From Naegleria gruberi (Eukaryota), in the NCBI GenBank assembly GCA_000004985.1, contig GG738845.1: 64,000 nucleotides of DNA. The stretch is one strand, 5' to 3'. This document shows, piece after piece, positions 11,332 through 23,086 of this stretch. Positions within the stretch are counted from its first letter, which is position 1; the number at the start of each line of letters is the position of its first letter. The notes below the pieces were generated by a model. That model saw only the letters and a list, made by a program, of their open reading frames with translations. It did not search any database and had not been told where the DNA came from. The translations under genes and the position numbers were made by a program.

Positions 11332-14300
11332 TTAAATACTCAACAATTCCTTCTCATTAAGCTTGTTGGAATTACCAGGAGTTTCTTTGCGTTTCTTAGT
11401 AAAGACGAAAACAGCACCAACAATGACAGCAATCACTGCCACCAAAGGAATAATCAAAAGTAATAAAGCAAGATAGTTCATGTTAGGTTTAGGAACAACA
11501 ATAGGTGGAGGAATAACAGTATCACCAGAAGTAGAAGTAGGTGGTTGAGGTTTTGTTGTTTCAGCTTCAGCAACAACATAGGAACCAGAGTCTCTGATTT
11601 GGATTGTTACAAATGTGGAATCATTACTAACAAGTGTACAAGTTGGTGTAATCACATAATCTTCATTTTTCAAGGTATAACATGCTATTTCATTAGTCAA
11701 AACAGATCTGGTTTGAGAAATCTTTTCAATCTTGATTGAAGCAATGGTTACATTTTCATTCAAGAAGGACATTATATTATTGTTTACAACAATACCAAAA
11801 TCAACAACCTTACTGATTGATTTGAGTGTTGAATTCTTCAATGTGTAAATCTTGTTGACTAATTTGACACTTTCTAAACTTTCCAAAATTTTCATTGAAC
11901 TGAATACATCCTTCATTTCAAAACGAGAGACACCATTTTGAGAGATATCTTCAGATAATGTACCAAGAGTCGAAATACTGACAAGTCTTGCATATGTAGT
12001 GGTACCAACTCCAGAGCTTCTAACAGCAGGCATGTCAGCCACTGCACTCTTGAGTTCAACACTTACAAGATTTGCTTTGATTTGGTCAATCTTGTTCAAA
12101 TCTTGAATAGTAAATGTTGAAATGGCTCTCTTGGATACGGAACTAGAAACATATTCTTCTAGCGATGATGCAGACTTCTTAGAGTTTTCAATATCATCAG
12201 GTTTCATGCTAATAGTTTCAGAGGAAGAAACACCCATAACCGTTGTAAAGAATTGATCAATAATCTTTGAAACAGTATCATCTGGGAAGTTTCGAACATT
12301 ATCACTCACTGATGAAATAATTGAAACCTTAGTTGATGCTGATTCTGATGATTCTGAAACAATTTGACTTTGTTGATCTTCTTGTTCAAAGAATTTATCA
12401 ATGAAAGCTTTACCAGCTTGTTGTAAAGCAAGTTTTTCTTCAGCACTAGCTGGAGTAACAGATGACACAACACTAAGAACGGCCGATAAAGAAGAAACAG
12501 AAATAGAACCTTTTTGTGCAGTTTCTAAAAGTCCAAGAGCTTGTCCAGATGATGGAAGTGATGTTGTCACTTCACTAATAGTTTCAGAAGCAGCACCCAA
12601 GGAATCATAAACCACAACCTTAATTTGCAAGTTACCAGCAGGCAAAGAAGTAGCAATAGATCTCTTTTCAGATCTTTCAGAAAGAACCTTCCAAATAGTT
12701 GCATCAGAAGTCTTGTACATGAATTTGTAAGAAAGTGGAAGTTGAGTATCGTACCAACCATTACCACACTTGATTTGGAATTCATCTTGTAAAGCAATGC
12801 CAGATTTTGGATAAACTTCTAAAATACCAATTGTTGGTGGTGAGTTTACAGTGAAAGTAAATGTTGCGTCACCAGATCTCAAACCATCAACAACCTTAAC
12901 ATTGATAGAATAAGTGGCTCCAGGAACAAGTAAACTCTTTGGTATGTTAATGTACTTGTTAGATGTTGAAATGGAGCTCAATTCTAAATCAGTTGATGAC
13001 CAAGTAAATACTCTAGATGTTGAAAGTGTATCAGCTGATGATGATTGTAAAATCAAGTCACTAGATGGATCCATAGATGTGGAATCAGAACCAACTGGTG
13101 CAATAATTGAAACTCTTATAACACTGCTCTTTGGTTGATCAAGAACAGTAACCTTAACAGTTGCTGAGCTTCTTCTGGATCCTTTGGTGAAAATAGTAGT
13201 GAACAAATAAACACCAGGAAGCATGGAGCTCTTAAATGACAAGAATGTTTGATCAATATTATTTTCATTGGATTTGAATCCTGAACAGTCAACTCCTGTA
13301 TCAATATTGGAACACAATAATTGGACATTACCTGAAGCATCTGACGGATTACTTGGATCATTCTTGTTGACAACGAATGAAACATCTGTTTCAAAGGACT
13401 GAGACATGTCACGTATATTAAATCCTACTACCAAAGGTAATGCTTTGGCAGATACTGTAAATGGAATTGAAACAGAGGCAGCTCCAGTTTGAGAAACAGT
13501 CAAAGTTAAATAATATTCACCAGGTTCTGTAATCTTGGTGTAAGTATCGCTGAAAACAAGCATTTCCTTCATTTGAAGGATAGGAACAGTTATGGTTGTT
13601 TTGGAATCCCAACTGTATACATAAGAAATTTCACCACTTCCGATATAACATGATGGGAATGTTACAAGAGGAGTTATTGTTGAAGTCTTACCAATAACTA
13701 GTGTACTTTGAAGACCTTCCTTAATGGTTACAGTTGGAGCTGTCAAGTCAGTGACTTCAAAAGAAGCAAAAGCAACAGTTGACCTTTGAGAGAAAGTACT
13801 TGAAACAGTAACTTTGACTGAATAAGAACCAACACTCAAATCTTTAGCACTAATCTTTACACCAGATATATCTTGTTGTTGATCAAGAATTTTTTGTAAG
13901 GTTGAAACGTCATCAGCTGAAGGAGATATTTCAACAGCCCAAATAAATTTCAATGCTCTACGGTCCTTGGAAATAGATCCAGATGCATCCAAATAAATTG
14001 AACCACAAGCTTTAGAAATAATAGACTTATCAGCAGTCAAAGTTGCTGTTGGTGGTATTGGCACAAAATCTTTTGTTTCTACGGTAACTGCTACAGTTTC
14101 TGGTGATGAGAAATACTTCTTGAATATTAATTTGTCATTGACCTTAATAGATGCAGATGGACCAATAGAGATTGTCATAGTCATGGTTTCACTATTAATT
14201 AAACAACCAGCACCTTCTCCAATTGAGCTCACATCAGTAATCAATTCTGAACAAGTAAACTTCTTTTTAAGTGATGAGTAAACGACACCAGAAATAGAAT

Positions 14301-16982
14301 CGCCATTTTGAGAGAAACCAAAAGAGTTTTGATCAATCTTAAAGTCACATTTTTCACCATACCAACCCTCAACACACTTTTCACAGTTTGCACCCATTGA
14401 GTTTCCAATACAAGTACAAGAACCATCAGAATTACATGTACCTCTACTGGAACAATTTTGAGCAGAAGTACATTGAACTTGACAATTGCTTCCAACAAAT
14501 CCTTCTTTACAATTTCTACAATATTCACCAACCCAATTACCAGTGCAAGAACACTTGAAATCTGATGTACAAACACCATGACCGTTACATGTTCCTTCAT
14601 CAGAACAAATTCTACCAGTACAATTGACTCCACTATAAGCAAGTGTACAAACTGAACAGAATTTGGATGGCTCATAATTTCCTTTACAAACACAAGTGTC
14701 AACTGAAACACAAGAACCAACTCCTGAGCAAACATCTCTATTACTTCTATCAATACCATTACATTTGAAGTTTTGACACAAGTCTCCATCATAACCTTCG
14801 GAACATTTACAAGTTGGAACACCTTCAATAGAAACACATGAGCCTCTACCTCCACAAACTCCCTTATCACTTGCCTTAATACCATTACAGATAGGAACGT
14901 CACATTTAGAACCTGTAAAACCTTCCTTACATGATGAACATGATGAACCAGCAAAATTATTCTTACAATAACATCCACTTGATGTACATGTTCCTTGGAA
15001 AGAACAACCTCCCTCGCTCTCTTGTTTACCATTACAAATTGGAATGTTACAACTGCTTCCAGTAAAACCAGTCTTACATTTACAATTATTGACTCCTACA
15101 CAATCACCATTTCCATTACAAACACTTGATGAATTTCCATCAATACCAAAACATAAATTGAATTGACAATTCAAGCCAGAAAATCCAGTCCGACAAGAAC
15201 ATGAATTTTCATCCATGCAAAGTCCTTTACCAGAACAAACAGCTGCATCAGTATAGAGTTTACCATAGCAACTAGTTGAAGGTGGTAAGTATTTACCATA
15301 GAAACATTCACTTTCAGGTTTTCCTTCACAATTACTTGTTGAGGTTGAGTTTACAATACCGTTAGTCCAAATGAAAGCACAAGTGTTCTTACAAAGTGAT
15401 TTTTCGTATGGAGTGGATTTATCGGAAAAGCAAGGTTTGATATCTTGATAACAAATATAGTTAGCAATAGCTTTACGACAAGTGTCATCACAAGTTTTTC
15501 CACCATTAATAATAGTGTCAATCATTGATTGAGCTTTCTTTTCTGCCTCACTATCAATACTCTTCAATAAGTTAGTAATTTCTGTTAAAGCAGATTGTGG
15601 ACTAGAATAATGTGCTGTTGGGGAAAAGGCGGTATTCAGTACCTTGTAGTAAACACTTGATTTACAATAAGTTAATGAACCACTTGGAACCTCAATACAT
15701 TGAGTTGGTGGAGTATAAACTGAACAGTCTTCTCCAGAATATCCACTTTCACACACACGTAAACAAATTCCATTGCTATTCTTTGAGTAACTTGATGCAC
15801 ATTCAGAGCATGGTGATTGAGCATTTGTTGTTACGTATTCAGTGAAACATTTACATTGTGTGGCATCAGATGTAGCAACATTAATAAATTCACAAACTCC
15901 CTTACCACAACCATTTACACATACAGGAACTTTAGCTACACATGTACCCTCGATATTCTCAAATCCAAGTTTACAGACACAGTTGCTTCCCTCTTTGATA
16001 AAACCTAAAGATTCACTGCAAGCGCAGGCACTACCAGTATTATTAAATCCACTCAAAGTATCACAAATACAATCAGAGCCACTTGAAATATAACCAGAAG
16101 CTACATCACAGACACATGTAGATCCTTTTAGAACAGATCCAATTGGACATGAAGAACATGGTAGTGATGCAACTTTAGTCTCAAAACCATTCTTACAAAC
16201 ACAATCTGAAGTTGTTGCAGTAATAAATTCACAAACACCATTGGAACCACAATCATATTGACATTTTGGAGCATTTGTTTGGACACAAGTTCCATTGGAT
16301 GAAGTAACTAATCCAGCTGATTCATCACAAACACATTTGCCATTTGATTCAACATATCCTAAAATATCATTACAAGAACTACATGGACCTGATTGAGATT
16401 TGTATCCTAAATCACAATCACAAAAAGTAACTGATGATTCATCATCACTATATTTACAAACGCCATTGCCACATCCATTATTACAAACAGGCTGACTACG
16501 AACACATTTGTTATTTTGGAATGCATAGTTGGCACTTTCATCACAAATACAAATGGCACTTCCTGTGGTATTAACACAAGCTCCACGAGGATTACAATCA
16601 AGAGTACATGGGTTTGAAGGGGTGTTGTTTTCATTATCACACAATTTTCCACTATATCCTAAATTACAAATACATTCAGCAATACCAGTTGCATTTTCAC
16701 ATTTACCATGAACACATGATAATGTACATGGATTAGTAAAGTTGGAATTACCATTATTGGAATCAAAATTTTGACATAATTCTCCACTATATCCAGGTTC
16801 ACATGTACATTTAGCAATACCATTTGTATTGTCGCATTTACCATGTACACATGATAATTTGCATGAATTGGTAACATTTACAATATTGCTACAGTTCCAT
16901 CCAATAGGATTGCAGAATTGACCTGCAGTACAATCAGAATCTGAGTAACATTCGTATCTACAAATAGAAACAGGGAGAACCA
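11332..16982 (-). CDS. Giant type-I membrane glycoprotein, 3'-terminal exon (stop at 11332): N-terminal array of EGF/laminin-EGF-like Cys repeats, central run of PKD/REJ-like Ig-fold repeats, Ser/Thr-rich stalk, single C-terminal TM (LALLLLIIPLVAVIAVIVGAVFVF) and short basic tail. 5' exon(s) with signal peptide lost in gap 17000-17049
   Basis: Open frame continues upstream of the ORF-track start (16644 is a TTG) to a pyrimidine-rich acceptor …ttctatttgtag at about 16960-16972; about 60 Cys repeats CxCxxG(F/Y)xGxxC. Confidence 0.8.
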
Positions 16983-16999
16983 GTTACAAGTGAAAATGA

Positions 17000-17049
17000 N
17001 NNNNNNNNNNNNNNNNNNNNNNNNNNNNNNNNNNNNNNNNNNNNNNNNN
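17000..17049. other. Assembly gap
   Basis: N run. Confidence 0.95.
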
Positions 17050-17384
17050 TCCATATCAAATCATCAGACAAGTTGGCATACTCGATACCTATGGGATTGG
17101 GATTGAGCCTGGGCCTACTAAGTTTCGGCCATTTCTCTTATTTGACATTTGCTCCAGCAACCTCTATATTTATGACCCTGTTTATTTCAACATTGAAAAG
17201 AGAGAAAAAGGAAGCAATTTTGCTAAAGTGCTATTAAAAATTTAAATAATAACATGCATCACGATTACAATTATATCTGTGGCTAATCTTGTAAATAAAT
17301 GGTAAAAATATTTTACTGCCCTAGTAGAGACAAGTGGACAATTTTCTTTACATTAATCCATCAGTTCCAGTTGATACGACCTGA

Positions 17385-17495
17385 CCTTTAAATATCTATC
17401 AAATTTACATCATTAATAGATCATAAAAATACAATCAATGATAATCAATCTTCACAAAGTAATAACCAAAAAAGTCAACTCGAACCAAACCTTTT
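17385..17495. repeat. Displaced short copy of the subtelomeric T-element, lying between the surface-protein gene and actin
   Basis: cctgacctttaaatatctatcaaatttacatcattaatagatc…aatcttcac(a/t)aagtaat…aatcaactc…aaccaaacc matches 10860-11035. Confidence 0.65.
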
Positions 17496-17693
17496 GAGGT
17501 GTTCATTTTTTTGACCATTAAATATTTTCTAGCTTCCCAATCTATAACTACTCGACAATTTAAAAAGATTCAAACATGCGCCCACCAAACAAACCATGGA
17601 GATTCCTAAAATCAAGTCTTTTTTTAAAAATTCATTTAAATTACATATTTATTTTTACAGAGCTCGACAGTTGACTATACAAAGTGCCATCAT

Positions 17694-18711
17694 TTAGAAA
17701 CACTTTCTGTGAACGATACCTGGACCGGCATCCTCATATTCTTCCTTTGTGATCCACATTTGTTGGAAAGTGGACAATGAAGCCAAGATGGAACCACCAA
17801 TCCAGACAGAGTACTTTCTTTCTGGTGGAGCAACAACCTTAATCTTCATTGAGGCAGGAGCCATAGCAGTCAATTCCTTGGTCATTCTTTCAGCAATACC
17901 TTCGAACATAGTAGTACCACCAGACAAGACAACGTTACCATACAAATCCTTTCTGATATCAATATCACATTTACCAATTGAATTGAAAGTAGTTTCATGA
18001 ACACCAGCAGCTTCCATACCAATGAAGTTTGGTTGGAACAAAACTTCTGGACATCTGAATCTTTCGTTACCAACAGTAATAACATTACCGTCTGGCAATT
18101 CGTATGACTTTTCAACAGATGATGATTCAGCAGCAACCTTCATTTCAGCTTCAAAGTCCAAAGCAATATAACAGAGCTTTTCCTTAATATCTCTGACAAT
18201 TTCTCTTTCAGCAGTAGTATTGAATGAGTAACCTCTTTCCATCAAAATCTTCATCAAATAATCAGTCAAGTCACGACCAGCCAAATCCAATCTCAAAATG
18301 GCGTGTGGCAAAGCATAACCTTCATAAATTGGAACAGTGTGAGAAACACCATCACCAGAGTCCAAAACAATACCAGTAGTTCTACCAGAAGCATACAAGG
18401 ACAAGACAGCTTGAATAGCAACATACATAGCTGGAACTGAGAAAGTTTCAAACATAATTTGGGTCATCTTTTCTCTATTGGCCTTTGGATTCAAAGGAGC
18501 TTCAGTCAACAAGACTGGGTGTTCTTCTGGAGCAACTCTCAATTCATTGTAGAAAGTGTGATGCCAGATCTTTTCCATATCATCCCAATTGGTAACAATA
18601 CCGTGTTCAATTGGATACTTCAAAGTTAAGATACCTCTCTTTGATTGAGCTTCATCACCAACATAGGCATCCTTGTTACCCATACCAACCATGATTGATT
18701 TTTGCTTTGGT
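17694..18711 (-). CDS. ACT: Actin, partial (residues about 38-375); N-terminus lost in gap 18712-18761
   Basis: [84 protein letters not shown]…IVHRKCF; over 85% identical to canonical actins. Confidence 0.95.
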
Positions 18712-18761
18712 NNNNNNNNNNNNNNNNNNNNNNNNNNNNNNNNNNNNNNNNNNNNNNNNNN
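18712..18761. other. Assembly gap
   Basis: N run. Confidence 0.95.
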
Positions 18762-19589
18762 AAACAAAGCTTTGAGTTTGAAATAATGTATAAAAGTATT
18801 TTCATTACGTTTTGTTATGTAATAAATATTTCAAAAATATTGGCAATAACCAGCCATAACGATTCTGTTGATTCACATATTAACTCCAAGAATTTCACCA
18901 CATCATCTCATCATTTAAATAGTATTGTATAGTAAGGGTGAATTTAATCCTTCAGCACGATTTGGAAATAATTTTATTATTTGGAAAAATTCAAGTTGGT
19001 ACATCATCATCGGAACAACTACCAACCATCATCATTGTTATTTATCATCATTAATAGTAATATATAAATCTGATAATAGTAATATTTTAGTGAAATTTAA
19101 TATTTTCACTAAAATCATCATTACTGCCAGATTCATATGGTAATTTGGAAAACTTTCAATCATAAGTATTGTAGTCTGTGGTCCATCAAGGTAAAATCAC
19201 TTCCGAACATTTTCCTATTGTTTCATGAACATTAATAAACTATTAGTATATCAATTATATCGTTATACTTGGTTGAAATCATTTGGGACTGTCCGTTAAT
19301 GTAGATCAAACATGATAAAACAATTGAAAATTGTTGTGTTGAGTTGTTGTGAATCAAGGTTGAAAATAAGCAAGATTTCCGACCTTGAAATTTACCATTA
19401 GTTACTTTTATTGGTGGTGTGATTCATTTACATCAATGATATGATGTTATTAATGATACTATGTTGTTGAAATTCACTCATCATGATGAAAATATAGGGT
19501 GAATGATGAATACTACACCAACAAGATGACTATTATTCGGAGTTGTTGTATACTGATAATATGCTATTAAAATTAAATTGTAATATTTA

Positions 19590-19970
19590 TTACCTCTTGT
19601 ATCGTAAAGACCTGAGAGACGAGGTCTACAACCAGAAAGTTTCGGTTCAGCGTTTAAGAGTTATGTGTTGACACTAAGTGGTTGGTTAGACTGAGCCTGC
19701 CTGTGGTAGGCAGAGAGGTATTTCCTGTTAATAGTGAAGCTCGCATTATGACGGTTGTACCACACTGAGTTCTTGTAGCAATTTTCCAAATAAATAGCTA
19801 GTGATTTGTAGATTTCTTGAGCCACATTCTTAGGTGTTCGTTTGCGCTTAGACCAGTTAAGCCAGTCATTATGGGAGCAACGACCATCAAACTCTATCCA
19901 AGTTGAGAGGATTCTGAGATATCAGTAGGAAAACGAATCTTGTTAAGGCTAAATTTCTAGTCCCAATCTT
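19590..19970. other. GC-elevated (about 45% GC) ORF-free island with several stem-loops (gacct-gagagacg-aggtc; ctgcct-gtggt-aggcag); candidate structured ncRNA or degenerate transposable-element relic
   Basis: Composition contrast with flanking DNA of about 25% GC; no ORF of 60 aa or more in any frame; hairpins visible by eye. Confidence 0.3.
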
Positions 19971-20019
19971 TCGTTTCATAGCATATTATTTAAACAAATA
20001 GATGAAAAATAACAGTAGT

Positions 20020-20736
20020 TTACTTATTGCATGTTAATTTATGCACCTTCCAATGCTTGCTTTGGCATTCTTTAGAGCAATAAACAACTGCTTGACATGC
20101 TCCACACTTCTTTTTAGAGTTAGGTTTGCCACAATTTACACAATCATAATTTTTCTTTTCCACAGAATTAGTAATGACGGTAGTATTTTCTGTATTTTCT
20201 TTTTCCTTTGGTTGAATTGTTTGTTGATTAATTTGTAGTTCTTGTTTAGTTTCAATATCTGGCTTTAGTGTTTTCAATAAATTAATGAAAAGTTCATTGT
20301 TTGGATCTTTAGCAAGTGCTACTTCACAAACTTGAATTGCTTCATTAACCCTTTCTAAACTCTGTAATGTTAATGCTTTTCTATAATAACCTTTAGAAAA
20401 ATTCTCATCTACCAAAATAGATTCATTTGCAGATATTAATGCTCTTTCATAATTTTTTAAATTAAAGAAGCAAGCTGACATATTGGAATATAAAATAGGT
20501 TTGATATTTTGAGTACAATCTGGATGTTTCAACGCTTTGTTATAAAAATCTAATGCCTTCATTGATGCACCTTTTTTAAATTCTTCATTTCCCTTATTTT
20601 TTAATTCTTCAGGTGTTTCTAGTGGAATATTTGATTTTTCATTTGAAAGTAAATCAATAATTTCTTTGTCAGTAATATTTAGTGATATTGGTAATATTGA
20701 AACAGAACCATCAATTCTTGATTCAATATATTGCAT
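20020..20736 (-). CDS. TPR-repeat protein with C-terminal MYND-type zinc finger
   Basis: ATG at 20736-20734; …CVNCGKPNSKKKCGACQAVVYCSKECQSKHWKVHKLTC matches the MYND consensus C-x2-C-x7-10-C-x2-C-x5-7-C-x3-C-x3-H-x3-C; three TPR-like helices (ALDFYNKALK…, YERALISANESI…, YYRKALTLQSL…). Confidence 0.8.
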   Translation of the reverse strand: MQYIESRIDGSVSILPISLNITDKEIIDLLSNEKSNIPLETPEELKNKGNEEFKKGASMKALDFYNKALKHPDCTQNIKPILYSNMSACFFNLKNYERALISANESILVDENFSKGYYRKALTLQSLERVNEAIQVCEVALAKDPNNELFINLLKTLKPDIETKQELQINQQTIQPKEKENTENTTVITNSVEKKNYDCVNCGKPNSKKKCGACQAVVYCSKECQSKHWKVHKLTCNK

Positions 20737-22636
20737 GAATGATTTTTTTAAATGTTGATCTGTTCATAACTATATAAAATTTGTTTAGTAATTTTAATCC
20801 AAATAAAATAATTGCATCAACACATTTTTCAAATGAAACATCATTAGAATGAGGTACATTAGTCATATAACATCTTTGACATTTTTCCAATCCTTTAACA
20901 CATTCATATACACTTGTATTAAAAAGTTCTTTTACACAAGTTTGTAAAATATCATTTGTAAGACTATTCTTTTTGAGTAGATATGATAAAATTTCAACTA
21001 GAGGTTTCCAATTACCTTGATTAATTGCCATTATTAAAGGACTTTGCTTAATTTTTACAGTTTTCAAAGGAGTACCTGTTTTTTCACAAAAATATTTTAC
21101 AATATCTGATCCATAATCATAATAACATGCGAAATGAAAAGGAGTAGGTTCACTTTTCGTATAAATTGTAGCTCCTTGATCAACTAATAATTTTACAGCA
21201 TCAAGATTTTTAGCACGAACAGCACAATGTAATAAATATAAATTTACATCAGCTCTAGAATCAGGAAAATATAATTTTGAATATAATTTAAAAAAATTAT
21301 CAAAAGGTTTCGAATTATCAAAATATTTTCTTCCAAGCTTTTTTTCTTCATTATTTAAAGTTAAATGAGAATTAATTATATTTGCATTCTTAATTGCCCA
21401 TTCTAAAGCTTCTGGATTTGATAACCATAAATCTAAATGATCTGAAATATATTGTGCTTGTGAACAAATAGATGATTCATCACTCGAAAATACTAATGAA
21501 TTTGGTATTCTTACATTTGCAAGTTTTCTAATACCTAATAAATATTCATATACTAATGGTGAATTAAGTGCTGCAACAGCAATTGATCCATAAAGTTCAG
21601 AATCTTTTTCTCTTCCACTTTCAATAAATTCTACATGTTCTTCAACTGAATTATCTTTTGATGATTTCTTTTTTATCATAAAATCACAAAGTGCAAAACT
21701 CCAAAGTAAAACCTTAGAAGATGCTAAACTTAATAAATCTTTGTTTTTTTTCATAAAATCATATGCTTCTTTCCATTTTCCTAATTTCATTAAACATTCA
21801 GGAATATTATATTGGAAATTACAATAACTAACCATAGATCCATGAATAATTGCATCAAGTTTTACAGCTCTATTATATGAATCTAAGGCTTCTTGATATT
21901 TACCCATTTTTCTTAAAATATTTGCTTCTCCAATAATTGATCTAAAATATTGTCTTAATTCATGTTTAGTCCAATTATCTTTTTCATTAAATTTTAAATT
22001 TGAAGAATAATATTCATCTTTTTTTTCTTGTCCTTCTCTAAAATATTTTAAAGCTTGTTCATAATTATTAGATTTATATAATCCTAATATATTAAAAGCT
22101 TCAATACAATTAGGTGATATTTTAAGTGATTCATCAGCAATTTTTAAAATATTATCTAATTCTTTAATATTAATAGAATTTAAATCATCATCAAAAAATA
22201 ATTTAGTTTTAGAATAAGCTTCAAGAGATTTCTTTGATGCTTGAAAATTTTCCTTTGTTTTAAACATATTTTGTCTTTGTTCGGAATCATGAATAGGTGA
22301 TCCAGCCATTTCATTATTCTTTTTAAAATCATTAATAAGAAATTCTACATCTCTACTATCAGGATTTTTATAATATTGTTCAATTAAATAAATTTTCTTT
22401 TTCTTTTCTGTTTCAAATTTTAAACCTGATGTATTTTCGTGTTTTTCATAAATATTACATAAATCTAATATTTTAAGTATTTTATCAAGTTGAATTTCAT
22501 CTAAACTATGTAATTTACTTGATGCTCCGAATATTTTAGAAAATGTATCCGTATATTTTTCAAATAAACAAGATAATGATGGATTATTGCAACTATTTTT
22601 TAAACCTAGCATTGAAGCTAGATTGAATGAAGACAT
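20723..22636 (-). CDS. Hypothetical 637-aa protein with TPR-like and ankyrin-like repeats; its stop codon overlaps the start of the MYND gene by 14 nt in a different frame
   Basis: Long uninterrupted ORF; ankyrin-like LLHCAVRAKNLDAVKLLVDQGATIY; divergent promoter shared with the cyclase gene. Confidence 0.6.
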   Translation of the reverse strand: MSSFNLASMLGLKNSCNNPSLSCLFEKYTDTFSKIFGASSKLHSLDEIQLDKILKILDLCNIYEKHENTSGLKFETEKKKKIYLIEQYYKNPDSRDVEFLINDFKKNNEMAGSPIHDSEQRQNMFKTKENFQASKKSLEAYSKTKLFFDDDLNSINIKELDNILKIADESLKISPNCIEAFNILGLYKSNNYEQALKYFREGQEKKDEYYSSNLKFNEKDNWTKHELRQYFRSIIGEANILRKMGKYQEALDSYNRAVKLDAIIHGSMVSYCNFQYNIPECLMKLGKWKEAYDFMKKNKDLLSLASSKVLLWSFALCDFMIKKKSSKDNSVEEHVEFIESGREKDSELYGSIAVAALNSPLVYEYLLGIRKLANVRIPNSLVFSSDESSICSQAQYISDHLDLWLSNPEALEWAIKNANIINSHLTLNNEEKKLGRKYFDNSKPFDNFFKLYSKLYFPDSRADVNLYLLHCAVRAKNLDAVKLLVDQGATIYTKSEPTPFHFACYYDYGSDIVKYFCEKTGTPLKTVKIKQSPLIMAINQGNWKPLVEILSYLLKKNSLTNDILQTCVKELFNTSVYECVKGLEKCQRCYMTNVPHSNDVSFEKCVDAIILFGLKLLNKFYIVMNRSTFKKIIHAIY

Positions 22637-22869
22637 TCTATGAAAAAGAAATGATGATGTTGAGTTAAAAAGGGAGAGAGTGATTACACGGAAGTGATGA
22701 TGAAATTTTTTATTGTTCTAAAAATAATTGGAATTTACGATGTCTTCAAAATGAACTACAACTTGTTAAAAGAGAACAAAACCAACATGAAAAAAATCAC
22801 CAACCCGACAATAATAACAACAAAATATAATTGAAGACACTCAACATCATTCCTTACTTTAAGAAACGA
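22637..22869. promoter_or_regulatory. 233-bp bidirectional intergenic/promoter region between divergent genes
   Basis: ATG of the minus gene at 22636, ATG of the plus gene at 22870. Confidence 0.5.
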
Positions 22870-23035
22870 ATGAATTTAATTAAATCTACATGTTTAATAA
22901 TAGTCTTATTTATTTTAATAATAGATATTTCTAAATGTGATGATAATAATGGTGAAATTTCATGGAATGATGAAAATGAGATTTGGTTTGCTCAATCATC
23001 TCCATTTAGCGGAACTTATTCATCAACAGGACAAG
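22870..23035 (+). CDS. Receptor-type nucleotidyl (adenylyl/guanylyl) cyclase, exon 1/3: signal peptide MNLIKSTCLIIVLFILIIDISKC…
   Basis: Real ATG at 22870 (the ORF-track start 22831 is a TTG); GTTTGT donor at 23036. Confidence 0.75.
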
Positions 23036-23086
23036 GTTTGTAAAAATTCTTCTATTATTAATATCAATTTTATCTTCATCTTTCAG

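Noticed and set aside
14241-15032. 263-aa minus-strand ORF in an alternative frame inside the surface-protein exon
   Set aside because: Alternative-frame ORF within a much longer coding frame with clear EGF periodicity; His/Val-rich nonsense composition
16644-16644. ORF-track start positions at 16644, 23131, 22831, 26891, 39692, 50009, 51000, 58513, 62347 and 63990
   Set aside because: These are TTG/GTG codons, because the ORF caller accepts bacterial alternative starts. Real ATGs or splice acceptors lie elsewhere, as re-derived in the features
19620-19760. agagtttgatggtcgttgctc on the minus strand, resembling the bacterial 16S 5' end (AGAGTTTGATCCTGGCTCAG)
   Set aside because: Only an 11-nt match; the remainder of the region shows no rRNA-like conservation
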